A DNA stretch of 63,453 nucleotides, filler included, from Kipferlia bialata (Eukaryota), in the NCBI GenBank assembly GCA_003568945.1. It is 6 parts of 6 records of this genome, joined end to end, with 100 filler letters (N's around TTAATTAATTAA, not from the genome) between each part and the next. Parts side by side here need not be neighbours in the genome. Positions count along the whole stretch, not along the records: positions 22,706 to 33,956 come from BDIP01001267.1; positions 34,057 to 45,286 come from BDIP01001270.1; positions 45,387 to 52,174 come from BDIP01001271.1; 3 more parts are not named here. The stretch is one strand, 5' to 3'. The position numbers and the translations under genes were made by a program. The notes under the pieces are model-generated. The model saw nothing but the letters and a program-made list of their open reading frames with translations. It did no database searches and had not been told where the DNA came from. This document shows positions 25,719-49,863 of this stretch, one piece after another. Within the stretch, counting starts at the first letter, position 1. Each line of letters begins with the position of its first letter.

Positions 25719-27610
25719 TAGATGTCCAGGGTAGTGCCCTGGGGGATGGAGGAACGGCCATACACGTTGTAGCTAGTGTCAGATGGGTATATATACATGA
25801 ATATACATTGACTAAGAGAGGGATAATGAATGCCCATAGTTGTGTGTAGAGGCACTGATGTCCTTCCGTACATGTTGTCCTTAATTAACAAGGTACATAT
25901 ATATGGGGATATACCACATGCCTATATGTATACATACACTGTATATATATACCTATACATACACTGTATATATATACCTATACNNNNNNNNNNNNGTATA
26001 TATATACCTATACATACACTGTATATATATACCTATACATACACTGTATACAGGTTGTATATATTCCATATATACCTAGAGTAACTCTTCCTCTTCCCCT
26101 TGTCCATGTCTGTGGCCAGGGTGTCCAGGGTGATGCCAGGGGGGGTTAGTAGTACGGTTCCTGAGGTCATTATGAGAGGGGGGGAGAGAGAGAGAGAGAG
26201 AGAGTGGCCAGGGTGTCCAGGGTGATGCCAGGGGGGGTTGGCAGTACGGCTCCTGATGATTAACATAGTACATATGAGAGAGAGAGATAGAGAGAGAGAG
26301 ATAGAGAGAGAGAGATAGAGAGAGATAGAAGGGGTGTCCAGGGTGATGCCAGGGGGGTGTCTGAGGTTACATACACACACACATACATGCATAGTCATTA
26401 TGCATTCTCCCACCTGGTGTAACACCAGCACACACCCCCTCCACCTCGCCATACACCTGTGCCTTCTCCTTGGACACACGCCTCAGTCTATGCACCAGAG
26501 GGGTGGTCTAGTATGAGTGTGTATATATATATGAGTATGGCAGTATATATATATGTTATATGGAGAGAGAGAGAGAGAGATTGGCCTTCTCCTTGGACAC
26601 ACGCCTCAGACGGTGGGTGAGGGAAGAGGCCTAAGGGTAAGAGGTATGTATATATACATTATAGAGAGAGAGAGAGACAGATTGGCCTCCTCCTTGGACG
26701 GTGGGTGAAAGTGGAGGCATAGTATCAGATAGTGGAGAGAGAGAGAGAGAGAGAGATGCCTCAGACGGTGGGTGAGCGTAGATGCCTATGGGTCAGATAG
26801 ATATATTGGAGAGAGAGGGAGAGAGAGAGACGCCTCAGACGGTGGGTGAGGGGGGAGGCCTAGTATTAGGGAATGGACAGAGAGACAGGTAAAACCTGAG
26901 GAAGACGGTGTACAAGGCTAAACACACACACGTATATCCATGTGTATATATATACAGACATCTACACTCTCTACCTGGGGTATGTATGGCCTGCCACTGT
27001 CACCCAGGGCACGGACAACAGAGGAGATGGCATCCTGGGAATAAGGGGTGTAGAGGGAGAGAGAGAGAGTACGGACAACAGAGGAGATGGCATCCTGGGA
27101 TTGAGAGAATTAAGGGGTGTAGAGAGAGAGAGAGAGAGAGAGAGCATGCAATATACCTCTATGGTGTCTGTCCTCTTGAGGTTGACTGGCACTGCCTGGC
27201 CACGACAGTAGCTAAGGGTTAAGGGGGTAGGAGACGAGAGAGAGAGAGAAGTCCTACGCATCTTCATACCTGGCGCTGCCTTTCTATTTGCGAGTACCAA
27301 GGGTGTATTAGAAGAGGGAGAGATTAACATATATATAGCACCTGGCGCTCCGCTTGCGAGCTGTCTTTCAATACACATATATATATACATATGTATACTA
27401 TCAACATCTATGTTTATAGTGATATACTTATATATATGAATTAATATGGGTATGGGTATGGGTATAGGGTATACCTGGCGCCCCCCCTTGCGAGCTGCCT
27501 GACTATCTTAGAGTACACTTCCATGTCACCCCCTGCCTCTCCCTCTCTCTCCCCCTCTCCATCTGCCTCTGGTTCAGTGACAGAGGGTGTCACACCCATG
27601 GAGACATCAA
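22861..27610 (-). CDS. Multi-exon fragment resembling the C-terminal ubiquitin-like region of USP47/USP40-type deubiquitinases; both ends missing
   Basis: NPPGITLD, TTLDIYME, GTVPVVFERYIPSD..PEPLWLDESMPYQAIQQMLAQRFGIEDPTTIAIL, VVNWD and TVADLHIHPWQLFYVDS are colinear with my recollection of the USP47 C-terminus; the catalytic domain is not present. Confidence 0.5.
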
Positions 27611-27640
27611 CTGGTTTGAGTATATGAGTATACATATATG

Positions 27641-27682
<42 letters not shown>

Positions 27683-27688
27683 TGGTCT

Positions 27689-28375
27689 ATGACACGTGCC
27701 GAGGGAGGCAGGGTACACGACGACAAGAAGAAGGTATGTGTATGTATATGCATTTACCATACATACTTATGGGATGTATTCTTGTTCATTTCCTAACCCC
27801 CAGATGCGCCACACCCTCAAGATATATTCATCTATCCATATGTCTGTTTGTTCCTGTATATGACTTATCTAACCCCCAGCTGCGCCAGACCCTTAAGGAC
27901 GCCAAGAAGAAGAGAAGACAGGCCAGGCAGAGGGCTGAGGCTGCAGCTGAGCAGGTATTTAGTTATATATATATAGTATGTGTATATATATATATAGGTA
28001 GAGATAGTGTATTGTTAGTATATATATGGAGAGATAGGGAGAGAAAAGGCAGGCCAGGTATATGAATTCTGGTCATCCAGGACAAGAAGGACAGGCAGGA
28101 TACTCTCTCTACTTCTCTCTCTGCCCCGCCCCCCCCACATATGTATATAGCCATATACATATACTCCCTCACCCCCAGGTCATCCAGGACAAGAAGGACA
28201 GGCAGGAGCAGAGGAAGGCAAACATCCAGGGCAGGAGGGACAGAAAGGTATATATACTATGAATATAGACTATTATTTAGTATTGTGTATATAGTGTGCA
28301 TCTATCTGTATGTGTCTCTCACCCTAGGTCGACAGGTTTATGCAGCGCAAGGGCTTCGAGGGCTCCAAGCGGTGA
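27689..28375 (+). CDS. SURF6/Rrp14 nucleolar protein, C-terminal exons only
   Basis: TRAEGGRVHDDKKK / LRQTLKDAKKKRRQARQR.. / VIQDKKDRQEQRKANIQGRRDRK / VDRFMQRKGFEGSKR*; RAEG.K..DD...L, RQ..R..NI and GFEG are SURF6 hallmarks. Confidence 0.75.
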
Positions 28376-28980
28376 TTCACCACCCTGTAGCTGCGTGCAA
28401 TGTACCCCCCTCCTTCTGTGTGTTTTTATGGTTGTCGCCACGTGAACGTGTGTATGTGCCTACTAGCATAGTCCTGTAAAGTCGTGCAAGGTCTTGCCTA
28501 GTCTTGCACGGTCTATTGATCCACGTGTGTCTTTTGTGTCTAGCCCTTCACGCTTGATGTATGTCGTGAGGGTGTGTGTTGTTTGAGTATTGGATAGGGG
28601 AGTGTGTATAGCAGCCATTCATTCTAAAACCGAGAAAGAAATAGAGTTATCGTTACCAGATGTCGAAATGTTGGATATATATTGTGGATATGTGGAGAGT
28701 ATATAGTAAAGAATAATAGGAATTGTTGTTCGTATCCGTATGCACCACCAACCACAAGATAAATCAACACTCATCACCCAAAGGAATACTATTGGAACTA
28801 GTCTATTGACGCAACGCTGACTCCAGCGCTCCAACCCATAATACTCATACACCCACTCTCTCCATCCACTACCCTTTGCTCTCTCTCAGCCCCTTAGAGA
28901 GAGAGAGAGGACACTCCATCGACACCCTTAGCACTACTTGCTATCTCATCATGCAGTCTCTCTCCCTCTCCCTACACCCT

Positions 28981-29205
28981 TTACTCATCATCATGCAGGC
29001 CAATGGGACATCCCTTCACCCTCTCCCTGTCCTGCCCTCTCCAGGGCTCCTTGCCAGCAGAGGCACCGTTGACAGGGCGCCTACCCCTGTTAGGGCCTGG
29101 TATTAGTAATAATGAAAGGAGAGAGAGAGAGAGAGAGATAAAATTGCCAGCAGAGGCACCGTTGACAGGGCGTCTACCCCTGTTGGGGCCTGGTATTAGT
29201 AGTGT

Positions 29206-29241
<36 letters not shown>

Positions 29242-29433
29242 ATATTGCCAGCAGAGGCACCGTTGACAGGGCGCCTGCCCCTATTGGGTCCTAGGGTCAA
29301 TAATGCATATATATATATGGAGAGAGAGAGAGAATATATATTGCCAGCAGAGGCACCGTTGACAGGGCGCCTACCGCGGTTAGGGCCTACGGTTAGAATT
29401 AGTAAAAATGAAAGGTGTGTGAGAGAGAGACAC

Positions 29434-29465
<32 letters not shown>

Positions 29466-30283
29466 GTGGAAGCACCGTTGACAGGGCGTCTACCTCTGTT
29501 GGGGCCTGGTATTAGTGATAATGAAAGGAGAGAGAGAGAGAGAGAAAAAAAAAATGAAGGCACCGATATCAGGACCTCTACCCCTGTTGGGGCCTAGAGT
29601 TAGAATTAGTATATAAGGAGAGAGAGAGAGAGAATATTGCCAGCAGAGGCACCGTTGACAGGGCGCCTACCGCGGTTAGGGCCTGACGTTAATAATGCAT
29701 ATATATATAGAGAGAGAGAGAGATAATATTGCCAGCAGAGGCACCGTTGACAGGGCGTCTACCCCTGTTGGGGCCTACGGTTAGAAAGAGTCAATAAGGA
29801 GAGAGAGAGAGAAATATTACTGCCAGCAGAGGCACCGTTGACAGGGCGTCTACCCCTGTTTGGGCCTGATGTTATTATATATATATGGAGACAAAGAGAC
29901 TCGATCTACCTCTGTTGGGGCCTGAGGTTAGAATTAGTATATAAGGAGAGAGAGAGAGAGAGAGAGAGAATATTGCCAGCAGAGGCACCGTTGACAGGGC
30001 GCCTGCCTCTGTTGGGGCCTGGTATTAGTATATATATAGATAATGTATAGAGAGCGAGAGAGAGAGAAGTGGAGGCACCGTTGACAGGGCGTCTACCCCT
30101 GTTAGGGCCTACGGTTAGAAATAGTCTATAAAGAGAGAGAGAGAGAGAAAACATTGCCGCGGTTAGGGCCTACGGTTAGAATTAGTATGTAAGGAGAGAG
30201 GCAGAGAGAATATATATATATATTGCCAGCAGAGGCATCGTTAACAGGGCTTCTACCGCGGCTAGGGCCTGGTATTAGTATAA

Positions 30284-30334
<51 letters not shown>

Positions 30335-30402
30335 TAGAACTGGAGGCACCGTTGACAGGGCGTCTACCACGGATAGGGCCTAGTAAAAGTATACGCATAT
30401 AT

Positions 30403-30448
<46 letters not shown>

Positions 30449-32349
30449 AGCCAATCTGTCAATATTTACCTAGGTAGTATGGTGTGGCCTGTATCCTCTC
30501 CTCCCATATACACATATGAGGAGAAATATACAATAATATACTTGAGGCACCGTTTTGAGTACGATATCCTACCTAGATAGTATGGGGTGGCCTGTATCCT
30601 CTCCTTGTCCCAGGTGGCTACATTGAGCATGGACCTAGTGTGAGTATATGCAACACTTATACTATGCATATAAAAATAGAGAGAGAGTAAGACCCAATTA
30701 ACTACGCGGACCTATAGTTACTATATGAGAATGTATACGGGTTACTAAGGGGGTGCATCAGAAACAACGGATCTACACTAAGGGTGTAGACGGAGAGAGA
30801 GAGAGATAGATAGAGAGAGTGAGAGAAAGAGAGGGAGGGATATACCATATACGTATATATATGTACATATATAGTGATACCTTGTCCCGAGTGTGTCCTC
30901 TGCCTTGCGGTGCCTGATCTGTCTGAGGGGGTCAGGGGGGGGTTGGGAGGTAAACAGAGATACTAACATGTAGCATACACATACTATACCTAGTCCCTGG
31001 GTCATCCACCACACAGAAGTGGGGGTCCTGACACCCTCTCTCTCTAATATACTGTAGTGTATACATAAACAATAGTATACACACCTAGTCCCTGGATCGT
31101 CCACCACACAGAAGTGGGGGTCCTGACTATCTCTCTCCCCCCCCCCATATATATGAACACTTTGCTCAAATGTATATATATATATAGACATACCTTGTCC
31201 CTGGGTCATCCACCACACAGAAGTGCGGGTCCTGACTGGACGGCAGTGATACCACTAGACACTGCTCACCAACATGAAGCTGCTCTCCTAGACATTAGGG
31301 GTGTAGAGAGAGAGAGAGAGAGAGAGAGAGGACTACTAGGCACTACTCACCCACATAGACAATTCCGACTGATACATATGATACCCATACCCTCGTCCTC
31401 CTCGACATCATCGAGGTGCATACCATATATACAAATACATACATACCCAAATACATAAAGAGTGCGATGTATAGTACAGTAGACTAACCCTCGTCCTCCT
31501 CCACATCGTCTAGGTGCATGCCTGGGCCCTGCTGTCTGGTCATGCCACGTGTAGAGCCTAGACAGTTAGAATACATACATATATACACATAGTGTATCTA
31601 TATATAGAGAGCATATGTATACATATAGAGAGACTGAGAAAAAGGTCTGCTGTCTGGTCATACCCCTGGTGGAGCCTAGACAGTTAGTGTATCCTACATA
31701 CACTTTCACAAATACCTGATGTCTTGTAACCAACATCGACTGTGCATGCTCCTTCTCTCGCTCTCTCTCTATCAATATTACATTAGTATACCTGATGTCA
31801 TTATGGTTGCCCCCATGGACCGTGCATTGGCCCTGGTGGCAGCCTGTCTCTCTGGGGTTAGATAGATATATATATTCATATACACAGACACTAGATATAT
31901 ATATTAATATACAAATTAAAATACATATCGAATAGGGCCCTGGTGGCAGCCTGTCTCTCTGTGGGTAAGTATTTGACAAAGAGAGAGAGACTCTCAGGGG
32001 AAAGAGATATATATACTAACAAGTATGAATACGCATACACACTAGGTATATGGTCACGGCCTGTCTCTCTAAGACTTGGAAGATACAGACTCTACCGGTA
32101 TTACATTAACTGTTACACCTCAATATACACTTATAAAAACAAATACTACATATAAATACATATGAATATGTATTAGTGTATATACACACCTAGTATGCCC
32201 TCCAGTGGAGTGTTGTCACCCCTGAGGTAGGCCTCAAACAGCTCACGTCTGGGGATAAGTGAACAGTAAGGTCATCTCTCTCTCTATAAATAGACAACAA
32301 TATACATACATACTACATTTCCCACCTGTACTCGTTGAGGTAGTCGACA

Positions 32350-32389
<40 letters not shown>

Positions 32390-33378
32390 AATAATTATTA
32401 TATACATATACCCATACATACATACTATACCAACCTGTACTCGTTGAGGTAGTTGACATCCGTCCTATCCATGCTCTCCTTCAGTGCCTGAGAATAAGGG
32501 TGTAGGGGGAGAGAAAAAGGGGTGTAGAGGGAGGGAGAGAGTGCCCTTGTCCATGCACTCCTTCAGTGCCTGAGAATAAGGGTGTAGGGGAGATAGAGAG
32601 AGATAGAGACTCTCTATTAGAGAGCGATATATCCTCTCAATGAAACATATGTTCATGGGAAGCGATGGAGAAGCTTGTACTATCTGTGAACAAAAGAGAG
32701 GGATATATATATATATATATATACATATCGTCTGCAGTAGTATGAACACGTAGCTAGAGAGAGAGAGAGAGTAAACGTATATATATGAGTGCGTATCTGT
32801 ATGTACACATACCGTCTGCAGCGGTAGGAACACGTTGCTCTGCCAGTCCGCGTAGAGTCTCTCTCTCCTGTCCCTGGCCTCGGTGTGCTCTCCTGTGCAT
32901 TAAGGGTGTAGGGAGAGAGAGAACACTCCTTTTTGGAGTGTCCCAACCTTCTCCAGCTCTGTAACATATATACATATATATCCATATATATGATAGTGTA
33001 TATATATACGTTATGAGTTCATATATACATATATATACATGTATACCTGTCAGGAGTGTCCCGACCTCCTCCAGCAGCTCTGACACATATATACTTATAT
33101 ACACCTATCTCTCTCTCTCTCTCTATACATATATATATACACATATATATATATGTATACCTGTCAGGAGTGTCCCGACCTCCTCCAGCAGCTCTGCCCT
33201 CTCGGTCTTAAGAGCGGCATAGTCCTAGGGTGTAAAAGGGGTCTAGATATATATATATATATATACATATATGTATATATATAAATGTTGACAAATGTAT
33301 AAAGAAAGAGAGAGAGAGAAGGAGGGAGATGCCCTCTCGGTCTTAAGGGCGGCATAGTCCTAGGGTGTAAAAGGGGTC

Positions 33379-33415
<37 letters not shown>

Positions 33416-33895
33416 AACTAGGCCTCGAACTGTCACTCTATCTCTATATCCCTCAATTATAGATATATACATAATATATAAATATTTATGAATTAGTCAT
33501 ACCTCCTGGAACTTGGCCTCGAGCTGTCGCCTCCGCTGCTCAACAGCCCTGGGGTGAGAAAATGGGTATGCAGTATACAGTATATGTTAGTATATGATAA
33601 TAATGTATATAGTAATATATACAATGTATCATCACCCCTCCGCTGCTCAACAGCCCTGAGGTGAGAAAGGGGGTAGAGGGGGAGAAACTACTGCATAGCG
33701 ATGTATAGGAGTGTAGAGTATATAGTACTATAGATACAATGAATCAACACCCCTCCGCTGCTCCACAGCCCTGAGGTGAGGAAGGGGGTAGAGGGAAAAG
33801 AAAGAGACTACATAACTATGTATCAGAGAGTGTTAAAGAATTGGGGGTATAGAGGAGATGCTGCACCCTACCTAGCCACCTTGTCCTCCCTGGCC

Positions 33896-33900
<5 letters not shown>
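28981..33900 (-). CDS. Hypothetical multi-exon protein with a coiled-coil segment, 5'-truncated
   Basis: Exons AVEQRRRQLEAKFQE / DYAALKTERAELLEEVGTLLT / ALKESMDRTDVNYLNEYR / ELFEAYLRGDNTPLEGIL / SMLNVATWDKERIQATPYYL / GPNRGRRPVNGASAGKEPW..LHDDE* (TAA 28981-28983). Confidence 0.6.
29052..30381 (-). repeat. Array of about 15 copies (some partial) of a ~48-nt acceptor plus exon-start unit, spaced by (GA)n/(TA)n
   Basis: The unit ttgccagcagaggcaccgttgacagggcg(c/t)ctacccctgtt(a/g)gggcct recurs roughly every 90 nt; only the copy at 29052 continues as the real terminal exon. Confidence 0.95.
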
Positions 33901-33956
<56 letters not shown>

Positions 33957-34186
33957 NNNNNNNNNNNNNNNNNNNNNNNNNNNNNNNNNNNNNNNNNNNN
34001 TTAATTAATTAANNNNNNNNNNNNNNNNNNNNNNNNNNNNNNNNNNNNNNNNNNNNTCACTTAGTATTTGGGGCCATATTATGCCCTTTGATATTCCTTG
34101 CCCCCCCCCCCCCCTCATACCTTTTCACTGTATATGTATATCTCTCCCTCACTACTATATATGTACATACACTCTCTTACCCCCAG

Positions 34187-45065
<10,879 letters not shown>

Positions 45066-45386
45066 GGTCTGTAGTGCTGCCTGCTTATGTCTTTCTTAGG
45101 ATTTGAGACATCGGGAGCCTTTAGTCTTGGTGTTTCCGTTATAGTTTTGTGTATTCTGGTGTATTTACAGTAAATGTTGGAATTTCAGTCGTTGAACCAG
45201 TGGACGTGAAAGAGTTCGAGTATAGTTCACAGGATATCGGATATCATCACAATGATATCATTCACTGATATCATTGTGGATATCGANNNNNNNNNNNNNN
45301 NNNNNNNNNNNNNNNNNNNNNNNNNNNNNNTTAATTAATTAANNNNNNNNNNNNNNNNNNNNNNNNNNNNNNNNNNNNNNNNNNNN

Positions 45387-45439
<53 letters not shown>

Positions 45440-45470
45440 CATGTTTCCAAATACCTTCCCTCACCTCCAG

Positions 45471-48400
45471 GTCTCATCCTGCTTGACACCGATGTGCCGC
45501 AGTGTTCCCCTCAGATCAGCCTGGGTATGTCGCTGGAGGGTGTGGGTGGGGCGCAGTGCTGTGCCTGGTTGGGCACAGGCAACCTCCTGATAGCCAAGGG
45601 CATGCCCGGCCCAGTCATATCCTCATACGCGCTCAATGCATCCAACCTCAAGAGCAATGTGGTCGGAAGGAGGCACAAGCGCAACCAGGACAGGTGGGGT
45701 CCAGAGACATATCCCATATCCTTCTCATCATGTGAACAAGGCTTCTTATCTCAGGGAACGCCGCAGTGCCCTGAGTCGCTCTGCCTCTCCCAACGATGGG
45801 TCAGACCCCTCCCCCCTGTCCCTCAACGGCAGCGGCAAGACAGACATACCAGGGCGCGTGCCCACCATGACATACAGCGTGAACCCCAGCTACTACACCC
45901 TCTCCTCGTCCGACCCCTTCGGGTACCCCCACGCCATGGCCACCACAGACGACGGGAGGCGCTTCTGTGTGCTGCAGGACGGGTCTGTCTTCTTCTGGGA
46001 CGTGGAGATGCCGGACTGCGAGTTTGTGTTTGACCCTGAGATGCGGGACCGACAGCAGATGGTGGCCCAGTTCATGCCAGCATCAGTCAGTGTGGCACCT
46101 ATCCTGGCCCTGGGTGAGTGCTATGATACATGTATATAGATAGGGTGCTGTATTATGGTAGAGCCATTCTCATTCTGATACTCACCCCAGGCAGTGGGTC
46201 AGGGGCCGTGCTGACTCTGGACACAAGGTAGGCAGACGCATACCCAGCTGCTTGGAATTGGTATCGAGCTACCCCAACTGTCATATTCAAGTCAAGCCAC
46301 CTACTGTGCCCCTAACCCCCAGAGAGAGTACGTCCAGTGGCCACCGCATCATTGAGCTGGACCGCAGTGCCCTGCCCCTCGACAACAGCCGTGTAGAGTC
46401 GAGTCTGTCCATGTCTAGACGGCAGTCTCTGACCCTGGGGCAGGGGTCTGCCACCGACAACCCCTTCTCCTATGCCACTGGTGGGTATGACCACTACACC
46501 CAGATGCAGGGGGGCATGGAGAGCAGTGACCACAGGGCAGCCAGGATGGGAGCACCTCCCCTGGCCGCACTGGGGATTGACTCGCTGCGCACCCCCTCGG
46601 GCACAGCAGTGAATGGCAGGATGAGGGGTGTCAGTGGGAGGAATAGTGCTAGTAGGAGCCCCGAGGCAGTCAAGGACTCGACATCGGGAGGCGGCATGTT
46701 TGGAACAGGGGAGGGTAGTAGGGGCAAGTGCGGTGTGTCTGCCATCGGGTTCAGTCCATTTCTACCCCACTGCATAGGGGTGGGAGACACACAGGGCACG
46801 GTTAGGGTGTACGACCTCAGAAACACCACCACACACGTACATGCATACACCCCCCACTCGGGCCGTGTGACCGCCGTGACCTTCTCCCCCTCCCACCCCT
46901 CCGTCCTCTCTTCTGCTGCTGTTGGCACCCCTGCCTCTGCGGCTCTGCTTAGGATGGGACCCGAGCCTGGTGTGCTGTGGCAGCACCACTCTGCCCCCGA
47001 GGTGCACTCCTCCCTAGGGGGGTCCACCCAGAGCACTAGGCTGGGGGGCGGCAGTGTCAATGGGTTTGGGATGGACGGGATGCCCCTGGCCCTGGCCTTC
47101 AGCAGCAGCAGGCCCCTATCAGTGTATGCAGTCGATGACTCGGGTTGCGTCGCATACAAGGTGTGTATCTGACTAGTACATATACCTATGCATCCACTCC
47201 TCCCTCTCACCCCCAGGGTCTCAACATGACACCTGTCAAGGGATCCCCCGCCGCTCTCTTCTCCCCCTCCTCCCCAGTCAAGGCTAGACCCAAACACGAG
47301 GAGCCAGGCAGGCGCTTCTTCTCTGACCTCATGGCCCAGCCTGGCCACTCAGTCTCATCCACCGCCCTGATGCAGCATGTGCACAGACAGCAGAAGAGGG
47401 CAGGCAGAGGGGGGAGGGTGGACGAGAGACAGGTATGGGGCAGCGTCATGTTGTATAGTTGGTACTCTCTCTCACATATACCCCCTGTCTCACCCAGGTT
47501 GTCAACACCCTTGGGTCTCTGGCGAGGAATGGCAGGGAGGACGGGAGCAGGGCAGAGCTACACGCCCTGCATAGCGCAATAGGCCTCAGAGACTTTGTAG
47601 AGGCCACTGAGGTATACCATATAGAATTGTCAGGTATCTCATAGAACTAGAGCGATTGTATACCCTTCCATCATGTCTGACCCCTCAGGTTGTGAGGCGC
47701 ACTGTCAAGGCCGCCCTATCTGGACAGGACTACACCACTGCATTCAGGTTCCTGGATATCTACGACCAGTATGTGGGAGCCCTGCAGAGAAAGGAGAGGT
47801 GGGTCCTTGTGTGTCTGAGGGTGTAGTTACGGGTGTATCAAGGGATATTGTGATGTCTTCCAGATCCCCTGTCATCTATCTGACCGATAGGCCTGAGTTC
47901 AACCCCCATGTGTCCATCCCCCTCTGGCTGGGAAAGCTAGGCCCGGCATGCCCAGTGGGTGAGTCGATGCAAGGACTAATACCGATGCTGTGTGATATAT
48001 GTGTTTTCTACACTACTATACACGCTCTAACCCAGGCCTTCCGCAGAGCCTTGTGTGTGTCCCTCTGACCCCCACGAGGCTGGAGATCAAGGCCCTGTCC
48101 CACCACGCAGACATTGTCAGAGAGCTCAACGAGGAGCTCTTTGAACCAGGTGTCGAGCCCAGCAGACAGGCCCTAGCTGATGCAGAGCACCAGAGGGCCA
48201 TGAGGGTGCTGGCCCTTGAGAAGGACTGCACCTCGATGCTCAACATGCCAACCAGAGAGAGGAGTGTCACCAATGATATACTGGCCGATCTCCTCTCCCT
48301 CAGACTGGATGTCATGGGCGACTTTGCAGGTAGGGCTGTATGTGGGTCTAGGGTCACTGTCTTATGTACCAGTTTTCCTCACCGCTTACCCTTCAGGCAC

Positions 48401-49604
48401 GGTTGACCTCAGCCGCCAGATTGTGGCGCCCTTCATCTCCACTGCCAAGGACGGGTCCCACAAGGTGATGCCCAGGGTCAACGGCCTCCTCCCCGTCCTT
48501 TCCCGTCTCCTAGTCCCCTCCATCTTCTGCCATGCCTCCCTCCCTTCCTCCATTGTGTCCCGCATAGCTGCTGTCGATGGGTTCGATGCCGGCCTAGCCC
48601 TTGAGCTTGTCGAGTGCCGCACATCCTCCCCCTCAGTCCTAGGCAGGGCCGGAGACGCAGAGATAGACGCATGCTCCCAGAGGGTCAGTGGCCGTACGGA
48701 CTCAGACGCTGCCTCAGACGGTGACCTGTTCCGGCTTGTCACCCAGGACCCCCTCTCCCTCCTCAGCCAGCTGGACCTGATAGGCAATGTGAGCATGGGC
48801 CTTGTGAATGAGGGATCACCCTTTGCGGTAGAGAGGGCACTCCCTCCCACGTCTGGGGGTGACTCCAGTGAGAAGTACATCCTGCCTCAGGGCATGCTGC
48901 TCACAGTGATATACGCCAGTGTGTGTGCGGGGCACTTCTCGACTGCCATTGGGCAGATAGACCAGCATGCCGAGGCCATCCAGAGACAGATGCTGCAGAA
49001 GGGGAGGGAGAGGGAGCGGGAGAGGGTGGACGCCGGCCAGTTCTGCCGGTCCACCGACACAATCATCCACACCGCCTCTGCCTCTGCCTCAGGCCCCATG
49101 CAGACTGGTTCGTTCTCTGCGCTGCTGGGTCTCTTCTGCTCCCAGGTGGTGTGGCCCAGACTCATCACCCACCTCAAGTCGGCAGTGTCAGTGTCTGAGC
49201 AGGCAGACGCAGCCCTGGGAGACCTCCTGCTGGCTCTCTCCAGTCCCGTCCTGTCCAGTGCCGGTAGACCATCCCTCCCATCAGCCGGAGACGACATCAG
49301 AGCCCTTCTAGGGTCCATGGGGGAGAGTGTGAGACTCGACCTTGTTGACAGAGACGCCGCCCCTGCTGCGTCCCCCTCTGCCCTCGGTAGGATGGTGAGT
49401 GGGGAGAGGATGGGCGGCAGGGAGGGGAGAGAGGGGTCGAGGAAGTCCAGCCTGGCCAGGGCAGACAGGCTCAAGGCCCTGTGCGGCAGGGCCCTGCAGC
49501 GCCAGAGGAGTGACTCCGACTGGGCCAAGGTGTGTCCTGTCATGAGACAGATCCTGGCCATGCTGGAGAGTGTGTCGGAGCATGCAGGCCTCAGCATGAG
49601 GTAG
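45471..49604 (+). CDS. WD40-repeat protein with C-terminal helical region, 5'-truncated
   Basis: LQDGSVFFWDV; ILALGSGSGAVLTLDTR; VSAIGFSPFLPHCIGVGDTQGTVRVYDLR; HSGRVTAVTFSPSHPSVLSSA; long final exon ending at TAG 49604. Confidence 0.75.
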
Positions 49605-49863
49605 AGGTGGCTGTGGGGTGTTGTGGGTTTGGAGTGTTTGTGTCTGTTCGTATGCGTTGTGTTTTGTCGGAGAACTGTGTTATTGCCTATTTGCACCAGA
49701 GTTGTGGGATGATTCAATAGATGACCGTCTCAACAGCAGTGTACTCAACTCATACTAAGGTTGGAGGAGGTCGTGTTCTATGTATTCCATTATTGAAAAC
49801 ACAACGGGCTTGGAGGCACTTCACCAACCTAATACACGTCTGGACGGCGATATATTACACTCC

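Noticed and set aside
29052..30381. CRISPR-like repeat/spacer appearance
   Set aside because: The repeats are copies of an exon start, the spacers are microsatellites, there are no cas genes and the context is eukaryotic.
22861..33900. One continuous minus-strand gene with SURF6 nested inside
   Set aside because: The upstream gene terminates at TAA 28981-28983, so the two minus-strand blocks are separate genes.
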